The position numbers and the translations under genes are program-made. From Tubulanus polymorphus (lineage: Eukaryota; Animalia; Nemertea): a stretch of DNA of 64,000 bases. Shown one piece after another: positions 1 through 11,670 of the stretch. The stretch's first letter is position 1. Each line of letters starts with the position of its first letter. Location of the stretch: positions 8,866,001 to 8,930,000 of the forward strand of contig NC_134031.1 in assembly GCF_964204645.1 (NCBI RefSeq). The letters are read 5' to 3'. The notes under the pieces were generated by a model that saw nothing but the letters and a program-made list of their open reading frames with translations, did no database searches and was not told the DNA's origin.

Positions 1-381
1 TAAGAGAATTTATAGAGCACCCATTTATATATGTTACAAAGTTTGTTTCAAATAAAAAAGTAAATGGTAAAGAATTATATGAAGATTTATTATTAGCAAC
101 ACCTAATAAAGATGAATTAGATTTAACCGATGCTAATAAAATATTAGGATCAAACATTGTAATGTAAATTAGGAGCAAACACTAAGAAAGATGATAATGA
201 AAATATAGTTACAGATATTGATAATAAAGATTATGTGGACACACTTTTGGTGAAAGATAAAGAAGAAACTATTGATGATGCGGTAGAAAGGATGAATAAG
301 TATAACAATAAAACAACTATTGATGATGATACGGTAAAAAGTTTGAATAAATTGTTAGGGTCTGATAGTGAAAGTGATTAA
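1..381 (+). pseudogene. C-terminal fragment of an acidic hypothetical Polinton protein
   Basis: AT-rich coding-like sequence ending ...VKSLNKLLGSDSESD* with internal stops, converging on the ATPase. Confidence 0.35.
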
Positions 382-413
382 AATATTAATTATATTTAAC
401 TCAAATAATAATA

Positions 414-790
414 TTGGTTGAAAATTGTATAAAATAATAGTAAATAAAAAAGGGGGTTTTAAGTATTTAAGGTATTTAAGGTATCTAATACATATCTAAT
501 ACATATCTTATACATATTATTTGAAAATACCTTAAATTATATATTTTTTTAAATTTATATTGAAACCTCAGCAATAATAAATAACCTTTATTATTTTCAA
601 ACTTATCCATATATTAGTTGAAAAAATAAAAATAAATTGGTTGAAAATTGTATAAATAATATTTATTTTAAAAAAGGGGGTTTTAAGTATTTAAGGTATC
701 TAATAGGGTATCTAATACATAGTAGGTATTAGGGTATCTAATAGGGTATCAGGTATTAGGGTATCTAATAGGGTATCTAATACATAGGTA
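414..790. repeat. Intergenic duplication plus short GGGTATCTAATA-type tandem repeats
   Basis: A ~75 bp block (ttggttgaaaattgtat...ggggttttaagtatttaaggtat) occurs at ~414 and ~636, followed by several gggtatctaata/ggtattagg units. Confidence 0.7.
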
Positions 791-812
791 TATAAATAGT
801 TATTTTATAAAT

Positions 813-1395
813 TTATTGTAGTCTCAGTAATAATTTTGAACCTTTATTATTCTTTAATTTATTCATATATTCATCATGTAACTGAGTAGGTATAATTTGA
901 TTTTCTTCCAATGATTGTTGCATAGATTTTCTATCTTTGTTATAAAATAAAACTAGAAATCTTATATTCTCCCTAAAGTCTTTAACAATTGAATTATATT
1001 TTTGATTTAAAACCCATTTTGTTTTCCCAAAATGTCTCCCAGAGAAAGCTAGATAACATAACTCACTTTCTCTCACTTTTGAATCATGTAAATTTGCGCA
1101 ATCATCTATAATGAATAATGTATTTGATCCTTTATAAGTATCAATTGCTATTTTAATACAATTATCTAAATTTTCTTTTGCTGTTTTAGGATCTAATATA
1201 ATACACTTTTTTATCTTAACTATATCTCTATTATGTTTTATTCATTTCATAAGTGGGGCAGAATAATATTATATTATCAAAATGATTCTTATAAATAGTT
1301 TCTAACAAGTCTAATATGAAATGTGTTTTACCACAGTTGGTTACCCCAGTTATTAACATATTATGCAGTTCAAATATAAATAAATCTTTATTCAT
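813..1395 (-). pseudogene. A32/FtsK-like packaging ATPase (disrupted)
   Basis: Manual translation from ATG 1395: MNKDLFIFELHNMLITGVTNCGKT (Walker A), LFIIDDCA (Walker B), AFSGRHF...NQ (A32 motif); internal stop and frameshift. Confidence 0.9.
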
Positions 1396-2479
1396 TTATT
1401 CTTTTAATTTTACTAGATAAAATCCATTCATTAAATTTGTCATCATACCCTTTATATTTCACCAAAGAATACTTTTTTCCTTTAAGAATTTTTGTTTTCA
1501 ATACTTTTTCTATTTTATATTCTATTTCATCTGGATTTGGTACAAGTGATAATTCTTGTTCATAGAAATAACCTAATATTTCTTCATCTTTTAAATCTTC
1601 TAGTTTATAAACAAATGGTTTAGTTAATATTATCTTTTTAATCTTGAGTATTTCTCCAGTAAAATTAGGGGTATAACCTTTGTAAAAGGTTTTTCTATAT
1701 TTAGATATTCTAACGTGTTGTCCTATTTTAAATTTAGGTTCGCCGAAATCATGTGTAACAAACGCTCCATATAAATTATTCCAAACTATTTCTGAATTAT
1801 CTTCTTTTCTAGCTTGAATAGGTTTCATATTTATAGAACTATGTTTAGAATTATTATAACCTTTCACTAAATCATCTAACACATCGATATATTTATATGT
1901 TTCATTAGCAGTAAAATATTTCCACATTCTAGTTTTCAATGTTCTATTAAATCTTTCTATAATAGATGCTTTTTTATCTGAATGTGTTGAAAAATAATCT
2001 ACATCGTTATCAGATAATAGTTTTTTAAAATGTTTGTTATAAAATTCCTTACCTTCATCAAATTGTATCTTATCTGGAATAGCTTCTTTAAATATTGATT
2101 TAAAAGCATTTGTCACTTCTATACCAGTTTTACTTTTGATTGGTATACTCCATGCGTATCTACTGAATATATCTATAACATTCAGTATTCAGAAATATCC
2201 TTTGTTGTATTCCTCTAAGTTCTTCATGTCAATTAAATCTGCTTGCCATTGTTGATCGATATATGAAACCATAACTTTTCTTGTTAAATAAGTTTTATCC
2301 ATTTTCTTGTGGATTTGATATGTTGGTTGATTTTGTAACCATGATTTTAATTCACTATATTTTATATTACCATTTTCCTTATCAGATTTAATTTTATCCC
2401 ATAATTCTGAAACGTAAGAATATGATACTTCACTTTCTGGGTTATAATATAACTCTCTTAAATATTGCTATTTTTCCAT
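1388..2479 (-). pseudogene. Polinton c-integrase (rve DDE) with C-terminal chromodomain
   Basis: QADLID, QFDEGKEF and IERFNRTLK catalytic motifs; YKIEKVLK...VKYKGYDDKFNEWI chromodomain; two nonsense codons upstream of ORF 1388..2116. Confidence 0.92.
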
Positions 2480-2485
2480 CTTATT

Positions 2486-2854
2486 TTAATCCGTTAATAA
2501 TAATTTAGATTTAGTGTCAATGGTTTTATGATTTGACTTATTTTCTGGTATGATAGGTTTATTATCATTGGAATCATCTTTATCATCAGATTTGAATTTT
2601 GATTTATATATTACACCAGAGAATATAATAACTGTTACTAATCCAATTGTAATATATAAGTAATTATTACTTCCAGCATTAGAAGAATAAGATGGATTAT
2701 TATTTGAATTAATATCAGATAAAGTCTGTGATTCATTTATATCAGTTAATTTCTTTTTCTTAGCTTTTTTTAATTCTGAAGATCTTTTACCTAATTCTCT
2801 TGCCCATTTAATTTGTTTCTCGGATCTAGGCTTCTTCTTGACATCATCACTCAT
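2486..2854 (-). CDS. Polinton hypothetical protein with basic N-terminus and one TM helix
   Basis: ORF 122 aa with hydrophobic LYITIGLVTVIIFSGVIY; conserved in copies at 34316 and 39193. Confidence 0.8.
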   Translation of the reverse strand: MSDDVKKKPRSEKQIKWARELGKRSSELKKAKKKKLTDINESQTLSDINSNNNPSYSSNAGSNNYLYITIGLVTVIIFSGVIYKSKFKSDDKDDSNDNKPIIPENKSNHKTIDTKSKLLLTD

Positions 2855-3449
2855 TTATTTTAGTTGATTTTTGTTCTGGTTCATTTTCTGTTTCACCGTT
2901 TGGTTGTAGTACATCTGTTTCGTTCTTACCTGATTTATATTCCATAGGCTTGATATTCGAAAATGTTATGACACCAGTAGAAATTAATGTCATAACAGAG
3001 CCTAATTGGAATGAAGCATATCCAACCCATTTTTGTAATTCAGTCATAACTAAATAGTCATTTTTCAAATCACTATATAATTTATTTTCGTCATCAATTG
3101 GTATTAACTGGTTACATAACTTAGAATAAAATTTGACAATACCATCTGAAATAGAATCATTTATTCGGGCTAATCTTGCCTCTTCATAAATCTTAAAATA
3201 TTTTATTACTTTATCTGGTTTCATAGCATCTAATTCTTGAAAAGTAATTATCTTAGTTAAAAACTCTTTAGATTTCCCGCCAGCAATTAGTAATTCAAGA
3301 TGGTGTTTACAATATAAGTAGTATTCATAATCTATATTGTTATTAACTTGAATAGAATTAGAAACAACTGGATCCTTATTATCACTTATACCCAAATCAT
3401 CTAATGTTTTTTCAATATTAATACTATTCTTATTAGATTTCTTTGACAT
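2847..3449 (-). CDS. Polinton conserved hypothetical protein (200 aa, C-terminal hydrophobic segment)
   Basis: Intact ORF starting at TAAATG; homologues at 34711 and 39554. Confidence 0.8.
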   Translation of the reverse strand: MSKKSNKNSINIEKTLDDLGISDNKDPVVSNSIQVNNNIDYEYYLYCKHHLELLIAGGKSKEFLTKIITFQELDAMKPDKVIKYFKIYEEARLARINDSISDGIVKFYSKLCNQLIPIDDENKLYSDLKNDYLVMTELQKWVGYASFQLGSVMTLISTGVITFSNIKPMEYKSGKNETDVLQPNGETENEPEQKSTKINE

Positions 3450-3715
3450 TTATATTAGAGAAATTTTATAAGAAAAATATTATAAGTATTATAAGTATTA
3501 TAAAATGATACCAGCATCTCTTTGGGTTAATACTAGTTAGTTAAAGGTAAAGAATTTTAGTATTAGTTATTGTTTTTTTAGTATTTTTTATTTGTGATAT
3601 AAAGTATTCTCTTTTGAAAAGAATTGTAAAAGAAAATATTAAAAATTAAAATAGAAATAATGGATAGTTGAAGTTATTGTTTTTTTATTATATTTTATTT
3701 GAGATATATTAATCT

Positions 3716-4383
3716 TTAACCACTCATTAAAGACTCAACGTATTGTTCATTATTCGGATCATTGTTCCATTGATCAATAAATTTCTTTGCCTTTGTTAAC
3801 TGTTCTAAATATAACTGTAAATCTAGTTTATTAGATTTGATTTTATTTTCTTTCTTTTCAAGAGGTCTTAAATTTTTCCAATTCCAAATAAGTTTTTATT
3901 GTATTCATCATTCATGTTAAATTTAGATATTGGTAACGTATGATCAATATGAAAATAATCTCCATAATTATCTACATTCATTTGACAATCGAATTGAAAT
4001 ATAATCCATGATTAAAGAAATTTATCTGTACAACTCAACAAATTAGATAATGTTTCTGAATGTGTTTCTTTGTTGAATAATTGTGTTAATCTAGTCCTTA
4101 AGCATTGTTTCAATCTAAAATTAAGATCTGTTTGATATCTTTCTCTCATATATTCTGCCATATAATAATTATAATGTTCTATATTATCTGCTCGATATTG
4201 TTTGGTATATAGTTTAAAACAAGTTTTACAGCAATATTGAAAACCATCTTTGCTAATCTTACGCTTACTAAATTCTGTTAAAGCTAATTTATCTATTTCA
4301 CACTTAGAACATTTCTTATAGTATATATTTATAACACCAGTGTTATTTGTAATATTGATAGTTTGTGGTTGTTCTGGTTCCAT
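3716..4383 (-). pseudogene. Zn-ribbon plus HNH-type endonuclease of the NCLDV/prasinovirus endonuclease type (disrupted)
   Basis: CSKC...CKTC; ERYQTDLNFRLK..LRTRL; downstream HIDH.LPISKF and NLRPLEKKEN motifs with stops and frameshifts. Confidence 0.8.
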
Positions 4384-4534
4384 TTATTATACATATTTTT
4401 TTACTAAATTGGTTAATATTTTAGAATCCTCTTCCATTTCTTCGACTAACGTCATCCTTTTTCATTCCTCGCTGCTTTTGATAAGTCATTTCTATTCCTT
4501 GATATCTAAATCATACCAGTTATAATATCCGTGC

Positions 4535-4720
4535 CGCATGCGCACTAGGCAAGACCGGGCATTCAGGCCCGGTTTTGATCAATGCGCATGCGCTAATCAT
4601 AAATATATATTCATTCTGTAAATAGAAACAACTGAACACAGAAAATTCAAACGCATGCGCACTAGGCAAGACCGGGCATTCAGACCCGGTTGGGATCAAT
4701 GCGCATGCGCTAATCATAAT
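4535..4720. repeat. 117-bp tandem duplication carrying four CGCATGCGC palindromic motifs
   Basis: Motifs at ~4535, 4583, 4652 and 4700; related array at 36360-36630. Confidence 0.8.
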
Positions 4721-5797
4721 TGAAACGACTGAACATAGAACATTCACCAAGTAGATTTACACAATACATTATACAAGTATGTTCAGTCGGTTCTTCCAAT
4801 ACATCATTTGATTTCTATATATAAAATCTATAATTACAAACATTTTTTCAATTGCCAGTAAATATTTAACTACATCAACAAATGTTAAACTTAATCATTG
4901 GTATTTGTGGAGTAGTCTTAATGTTTTTGAAATGCTTATATAGTTTCTTCGAAGATCTTTTGGTGTTTCTTGTGCCAATTTCTATTGGTTCAATATCCAT
5001 TGCTGTTGATTCCTCAGTCAGAAAGAGTATCTTGAGTTTCTCTATCGCTTCTTGATGTGTATGACGTTTTATTAATCTAAAAGATATTAGTGGTAACTCT
5101 AACTATCTAAAAAATATACTAAATACACTTAAATATATCTAAAGGTTTCATATTTAATAGCCCTAATAACTACAAAAAACAGTACTTACATTTAGATTTA
5201 GAATTGTAAACTATAAACTCCTAATTGCGTTTCGAGAGATAGAATATCCTAAGCGTTATGTTACATCATCTATTCAGTTCCGGTGCGATTTCTAGAATGA
5301 ACACGTCTGCGATTATGACACGTCATCTCTATTCAGAGTTCCGGTACACCTTCTAGAATGTTCTACGCGTTTGCAGTATTATGACTCGGCGTCATAGTAA
5401 CAGCTGTGACAGCTGTGAATTTATAGATTTATTCAATAGTTCATTACATGAAATGTATATAGGCTCAAATAGAATCATGTTCTAGTACAAGCAAATGCTA
5501 TGTATTATATCATGTATATATATATATGAATTATTTCAATCACACTTTACTAACACTTTTAATGTTTAAAAATCTAACTCATACAAATATAAATATTGAA
5601 ATAATGTTTAAAATATATCTATATATCTATTCTATAAGAGCTCGTACTCTCGTACTCTGGCTTGAAAGCCTACTTTTCTAATTTCTTATATATGTTATTC
5701 ATTTATATTTTATTCATGTTTATGATTATTTTAAGAGTAATATGGATAATAGGCTTTCATATCAATGGTTGAAAGGTTGAGAAATTTTCCAAATGTC

Positions 5798-5867
5798 AAA
5801 ATAATAATAATTTCTACTTGAATTAGGAGTGTACGCGACTAATTCAAGTAGAAATTATTGTTATTTT
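5798..5867. repeat. Stem-loop, divergent remnant of the TIR central hairpin
   Basis: aataatttctacttgaattag / ctaattcaagtagaaattatt; follows aagagtaata...ggctttca (5733), which resembles the TIR inner arm. Confidence 0.7.
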
Positions 5868-6515
5868 CAGCATATTGTGTTACTATATTCGATTGGAAAG
5901 TTGTAGCCCATAACGTGTTCTATGATTTTGGTGAGTTTCAAGGTCATTGGTTTTTGTATGTAGCCACCAGGGGGCGTTGAATAAAACAATAACTTAGTAT
6001 TTCTATATTATATTTGTACCTTTGCATATTTTGTTACCACAATCAATTGCAAAGTTGAAGGTCATGACATCTTCCATGATTGTGGTGAGTTTTTAAGGAC
6101 ATTAGTTATTCCATATAGTCACCAGAGGGCGTTGAATAGTATAATAGCTTAGCTTAGTATTTCCTTATTAGATTGGTACCTAGGCATATTTTGTTACCAC
6201 GATCAATTGCAAAGTTGTATTTCACGACATGTTCTACAATTGTGGTGAGTTTCAAGGTCATTGGGTTTTGCATATGGTCACCAGGGGGCGTTGAATAGTA
6301 GAATAACTTAGTATTTCCATATTAAATTGGTAACAAGGCATATTTTGTTATCACAATCAATTAAAAAATCATGTTCTATGATTTTGGTGGGTTTCAAGGT
6401 CATTGGTTTTTGTGTATGGTCACTAAGGGGCGTTATGTATTGAAATTGTTGCCGGTAGATTGTTGTGCATTTGAAACCACTTCCTAAGTGGGCATGGTGT
6501 CCCTGGACCCTAGTT
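5868..6515 (-). repeat. Helentron/HINE-like element end with ~170-bp tandem repeats
   Basis: 3-4 units containing tttcaaggtcattgg...caccagggggcgttgaat, ending ...ccctagtt; reverse-complement copies at 56036-58440. Confidence 0.7.
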
Positions 6516-6965
6516 GGTTGCGTTGGCGCAACGAGTATCTAACGAACCTTAGAGAATATCATTGGTTTACAGGGGACAATCGTGAGATTGCCAAACCTGG
6601 CTCTGTTGTCATCATACATAATGAAAATATCCCTTGACTAAGGTGGAAGTTAGGAATAATTCAGAAATTGCACAGGGGTAGTGATGGTTTAGTAAGTTCC
6701 GCCACTGTCAAAACCGCTACTGGTGTAACAAGTAGGCCCATTTCAAGGTTATATTCACTCGAGATTGATACCACCATTGAAGAGAACAAAGCTTGTTTAG
6801 ATCCGGTTGTTCAGCTTCTAAACATGTCCGTAGAGCTGCAGAGTTAGCTAAACTTAAGATCAATCAGTTTTTTTGCTGATAATTGATAACTAGAGACTAT
6901 TTTGTATTTGTATGTATTTGTTTGATCATGTTTATATAATGCTCTATTGTTAGTCTATTTCTAGA
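6514..6965 (+). pseudogene. BEL/Pao 3' fragment (integrase C-terminus), same family as 41758-47405
   Basis: Near-identical to 46697-47157 (WLRWRNEYLTNLREYH...WKLGII...RPISRLY). Confidence 0.9.
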
Positions 6966-7633
6966 CGTATAGGCCCCACTCCGCGCGGTGGCGCCACCCC
7001 GCGGGATTTACGCGAAGTAGCAGAACACAAACACGGCCACTCTCTCAATTTTCAATGATAGAAATCGTGTGTGCATTTCAATTATTTCGGCTGTTAGAGT
7101 TTTAAGGCACAATATAAGTTGATGATGTGATATGGCGATGTTAATTAATGATAATTACGCAGTGAAGCTAGTCACGAACGGTGCCGATTGAGTGTACAGC
7201 TGCCAAAAACACTGAAATGTGCGTAGTTGCGTAACTATTTGCAGTGAATTGCAGACGAAACATGAAGCCTTAACGGCCGTTAAAAAAAAATTATACCAAT
7301 CGCAATTGTTAAATAAAAATGAGATAGAACCTAAGTTAAAATTCTGGCCATTTCTAAAATGTTATTGATTATCATTACTAATTTTTAGTCAGTGCGGAAC
7401 GTTTAGTTTTCCAACAATAGTGAGGGGTGGTAGGTAGTCATGCAATTCAAGTCATCATTTATTACACGTTACTTCCGTGTTGTTGAAAATCTCGCGAGTC
7501 CTGGAGTAAACCCCAATGAACAATCTGATCTGTGTGCTGGCCACCAAAATGCACACAGATCACACTACACTACCCATTACACACTCCAGTACCCACAGCT
7601 TTCATATATCCATCCAAATATTTAGTGACTTTC
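6966..7633. mobile_element. Unclassified insertion between the BEL 3' UTR and its LTR
   Basis: Absent from the 47 kb copy; flanked by tttctaga/tttctgga; 7525-7640 matches 61535-61650 (inverted). Confidence 0.55.
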
Positions 7634-7658
7634 TTTCTGGATTTCTTCACTGGCGGAG

Positions 7659-7897
7659 TGTCGTGACTCGCACGATAGTGTTTAAGCCCCGTCAACACAC
7701 ATTGAGTTCTCAGTCACAAATCTCAAATCACAAATCTCTGTCACATATCGATGAATTTCTATAGATAAAGTTGTATACATCCAGTTATGTGTTATGAATA
7801 AAACTCAGATCGTGTTTGTATTCCAAGCTGTACTGTGTTTCTCTCTACCTCTCTTATGTGGTGTTGGCGATCTCATACTGGCAAGTATTTCAACACA
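7659..7897 (+). repeat. BEL/Pao 3' LTR
   Basis: TG...CA ends, preceded by the purine-rich ggcggag, AATAAA inside; homologous to 47175-47405. Confidence 0.85.
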
Positions 7898-7902
7898 AAA
7901 AA

Positions 7903-8474
7903 ACCAGAATTACAAATTGTATCTTTAGTTGCTTCGAATGTTTTTGTAGGATCAATTAAATTACAATAAATATAAAAGTGTGTAAAAGGCATTAAATTTG
8001 AATTACCGTCTACGTTCCCTGTAAAAGTATATGGTTTAATTACTAACAATTTAGCTATTGGTTTTTTACTAAAAATGCGTCTTTGTTTTCATCATCTAAC
8101 TTTATTTTAATTTCATCAGAACTATCACTTTTTATGAATCTAATTGAAAATTTATCTTCACTACTAATTTTAATCGTGCTCTTCGATTAATTTCTTGAGA
8201 TGTTTCTAAATTATATAATCTTGGTTTTAGAAATAGAGGATACCATTTATTTATATTTCTAATATGAATTAAAAAGACTGTCGATTCAATAGTTTTATCC
8301 GATATATTATAAAAAGAATTACATAAACATAAAATTACATAAACTAATATTTATTAATTTCAAATCTACAAAATTCTTAAATTCCCTATCTAATTGAACT
8401 AGTGAATTATGTGATTTATAATTTGTAAGTTTTCTTGAATCAACAAATATTCTATATTCTTTTAATTCAACCAT
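7903..8474 (-). pseudogene. Minor capsid (penton) fragment, Polinton family 2
   Basis: MVELKEYRIFVDSRKLTN... and MPFTHFYIYCNLIDPTKTFEATKD match ORF 26824..27519. Confidence 0.85.
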
Positions 8475-8543
8475 TATTTATAACGCAAAAAAATTACTTC
8501 GAACCACTAAAAATTAATTTTAATACAAATTTTTCCTAAATAA

Positions 8544-8790
8544 ATGGACGAGAAGATACGCGGTGAAATTTGTGGTGAACTTCAAAGAAAAAGTAATATG
8601 GCTCGGCATATGAAAAAACATGATAAAAGTTATGAACCCGCAAAAAAACTGCCCAAATTGTAATAAATTATTTACAAGAAATTATGTTAAAAAACATTCA
8701 GAGAAGTGTAAAATTAATGACACAACGGTTAATGTTGATAGTAACGAAAGTAATAATAATTCTGTTGAAACTGAACCTGAAATGATTTGG
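8544..8790 (+). pseudogene. Zinc-finger protein N-terminus, Polinton family 2 (frameshifted, interrupted)
   Basis: TAAATG start; MDEKIRGEICGELQRKSNMARHMKKH then CPNCNKLFTRNYVKKHSEKC. Confidence 0.55.
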
Positions 8791-9214
8791 AAAAGACCTT
8801 TTTGGTTTACCTTTGTCAGCAGTATGAGGTTGGCATTGAGCCAATTCATGTAAAATCGCGGTATGTTTTTTTATGTGAGCATTTTTTTCATCGGTTCTCG
8901 GGTTAAACGATGTATAATCGATGCGATCGAAGACATGACGAACCTCCGTCGATGACATAGTTAACTTTGTTTACCCGGTAAATTGGACGAAAAACTGTTT
9001 TTGGCGGGAAAATTCTTAGCTCTTGCGTATAAAATTGCAATGACCTCGATTGGGGGCGTCGTCTCTACGAGCAAATGTGATTGGCTGTTTTTGGGACATA
9101 CGGGGAATTCCGGCGCTACTAAAATAATTATGGGAAATAGATCTTGGGTAGAGAGTCTAGATAATTAAAAATCCATAGCAGCAAAAACAGTACAAATCTC
9201 ATTTCTAATGAGTA

Positions 9215-9490
9215 ACATATATTTATTATAGCGAACGTTTTCGGGAGTTACATTATCCCCTCTTCAGGCATAGCGCAAGTGATTGAATTTACATATCATA
9301 CTGGTATTTATATAGAATAAGACGAAGCTAATTACAAACAATTTCAAATTACTGAGTGACAAGATAATCATAATATAAAGATAACTAATTACACACAATC
9401 CAAATTACTGAGTGAAGATATTTGACTAGTGGTTAATTATCTAAAAACATTGAGAATGAATCCTGAACCGTTGTCGAATAGTTGAAGAGT
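9215..9490 (-). mobile_element. Penelope-like element 3'/pLTR remnant
   Basis: Minus strand ...DNGSGFILNVFR*-like ORF end followed by an AT-rich UTR and a hammerhead core. Confidence 0.5.
9231..9272 (-). ncRNA. Minimal hammerhead ribozyme
   Basis: Minus strand CTGAAGA-GGGGA(taatgtaac)TCCC-GAAA-ACGTT: CUGAnGA and GAAA cores around a paired stem II. Confidence 0.65.
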
Positions 9491-9529
9491 AAACTAACAA
9501 ATAAGCAAGATATACCGCCTCTACATCCT

Positions 9530-10767
9530 TAGACCAAAACACCCTTACTGATTCCGATGACATAAAAGCGGAAGTTTTTGCCGACTATTTCGCATCCGTA
9601 TTCGTTAACGAAGACTTGCAGAATATTCCTGTTTTACATGATGTGCCAGAGCGCCCAAAACTAGAAAATATAGAAATCAAAGAAGACAAAGTTTTAAAAT
9701 TATTAGAGAAAATCAAGGTCAACAAATCTCCAGGTCCAGATCGACTCCACCCCAGAGTACTCTTTGAAGCTAGAGAAAACCTTTATGTACCGCTTACAGT
9801 GATTTTCAACAAGTCGTTACTAAGCGGTGAAATACCAAAAGACTGGAAACTCGGGTGTGTTACCCCGTTGTTCAAAAAGGGAGATAAACATAAAGCTGAA
9901 AATTACAGACCCGTAAGTTTAACTTCCCTCGCATCCAAGCTTATGGAGACGCTAATTAGAGACGCTGTGACGAAACATCTGGAAGAAAATAAATTGTTAT
10001 CGAACGACCAACATGGATTCAGGTCGGGAAGGTCTACCACCACAAATCTGTTAGATTGACTTGACGATTGGACTGAAGCACTGGATAATGGATATGCAAT
10101 CGATTGTATATACCTTGATTTTCAAAAAGCATTCGATACAGTGGCCCACCATAGATTAAACTTAAAGATAAAGCACATTGGTATAACAGGCATCATCGGT
10201 CGATGGATTGAAAATTTTCTTAAAGACAGAAAGCAATGCGTTCGGGTTAATAACAGTTGTTCATCGTGGAGAGAGATCAAAAGTGGTGTACCGCAAGGTG
10301 GTGTATTGGGACCTACACTATTCACTATATACATAAACGACCTTCCAGGGGTAACAAGTGTCCCTACAAAGCTCTTTGCTGACGACACGAAGTTGTATAA
10401 CATCATCAGATCAAGAAACGATTGTGAAAAACTGCAGGAAAGTGTTCTAAACGTAACAAATTGGTCGAACACATGGGACCTAAGTTTCCACCCAGAAAAG
10501 GCAAACAGGCTCAGAATTGGACCCGAAACGAATCCTTTCAACTACAGCTTGAGTGGTGTACCTATAAAAAGAAGTACCGCCGAAAAAGACCTCGGAGTGA
10601 TTATAGATGATAAAATTAACTTTAAAACCCATATAACCGATTCTGCTAACAAAGCTAACAGAGTACTCTACACGATAAAACGAACGATGCACTTCCAAGA
10701 CATTCGTGCTTTTCTGCTACTGTATAAATCACTAGTGCGTCCTATACTAGAATACGGAATTTTCTAA
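9530..10767 (+). pseudogene. Non-LTR retrotransposon (CR1/L2/jockey-type) reverse transcriptase fragment
   Basis: KSPGPD, PLFKKG, NYRPVSLTS, QHGFRSGRS, DFQKAFDTV, SGVPQG.VLGP, FADDTK; stop at 10057; truncated at both ends. Confidence 0.92.
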
Positions 10768-11569
10768 GGAAAGTATCAATTTTTTAATTGATGTAGAAAA
10801 ACTATAATGTGTAGTTTGATCGGAAGTTGCCGCGCATGCGCAGTAGTTTCCGCCCCATCAATACGGTCGCAGGCAAAAGCGAAGCCGTTTCATCCCTTGT
10901 TATTTTAATATAGTAAGGCGTCGCGCCCGCTGATACTGATCCTTAACAGCCAATTGTTTATCGGAACTCAATAGTGGATAAATAAACAACATCAACACAA
11001 GGTATTTCTGTGATATTTTGAATTTATTTGCAGTTTAAATTTAGCGCCATTCTCGCGAGATTATCAACAACCCGGAAGTAAAATCAAAGCCAGTTTACAA
11101 GCTCCTGTGACGTTTCATTGGACGAGGTGCCGTGCGAATTTTAAATGCTCATTGCTGGTGAGAATATAATTATTTCACATATCGCCATAGGTATTGTTTC
11201 ATTCTAATACCCGGTGATTGTGTTGATTGAGATTGAAGTGAAGCGAAAGTTCACTACACAAGGCCTCCACGTGCGCGTGAGCGCTAACATTAGACTGTTG
11301 CACACACGAACACACGCTCATACACACTACTATATGGTGATGCTGTAACGCTGCTTCGCGCGTGCACGTTTAGTATGATAACAGGCTGAATAATCGTCGT
11401 AGCAGATGAGCGCTGTTTTCTGTCTGATAGAATTTGTAATAAATTGTAATTTCTTGTGACCTGAAAATACTAAGCAGCAAACTATACGTATAGGTCGAGG
11501 TCTGTTGTAGTGTAGCGAGGTCTATTGTAGTGGTAAATTCCAGGATTTCAAACGATCTAATACTACGTC

Positions 11570-11670
11570 CGGTTTTAGCTTCCGCAGTCGTACATTGGAA
11601 GCATCTTCACCCGTCAAGGGATTCGAACCCACTACGCTAAAGCTGTTCCCCGAACCCCTTGACCTCACGA
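11570..11670 (-). repeat. Possible tRNA-derived SINE head
   Basis: B-box GGGTTCGAATCCC on the minus strand (~11618-11630); no full cloverleaf. Confidence 0.35.

Larger units (their letters stand above)
1..5870 (-). mobile_element. Polinton/Maverick family 1, copy A (right arm, decayed; continues beyond window start)
   Basis: Gene order ATPase-integrase-TM protein-200 aa protein-HNH matches 38037-41134; 5530-5610 matches the TIR-proximal sequence at 20940-21015 (inverted) and 41190-41270. Confidence 0.9.

Noticed and set aside
4340-4750. ORFs 4340..4525 and 4520..4750, and similar antisense ORFs at 10122, 30880, 32485, 34380 and 36056
   Set aside because: Antisense shadows of real genes or translations of tandem repeats
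6958-7641. 8-bp hAT-type TSD tttctaga/tttctgga
   Set aside because: No TIRs, and the right copy may belong to the repeat itself (similar sequence near 61535), so it was not classified as hAT
11590-11660. tRNA gene
   Set aside because: Only a B-box/T-arm is visible; no cloverleaf. The same applies to the ggattcgaatcc near 22700
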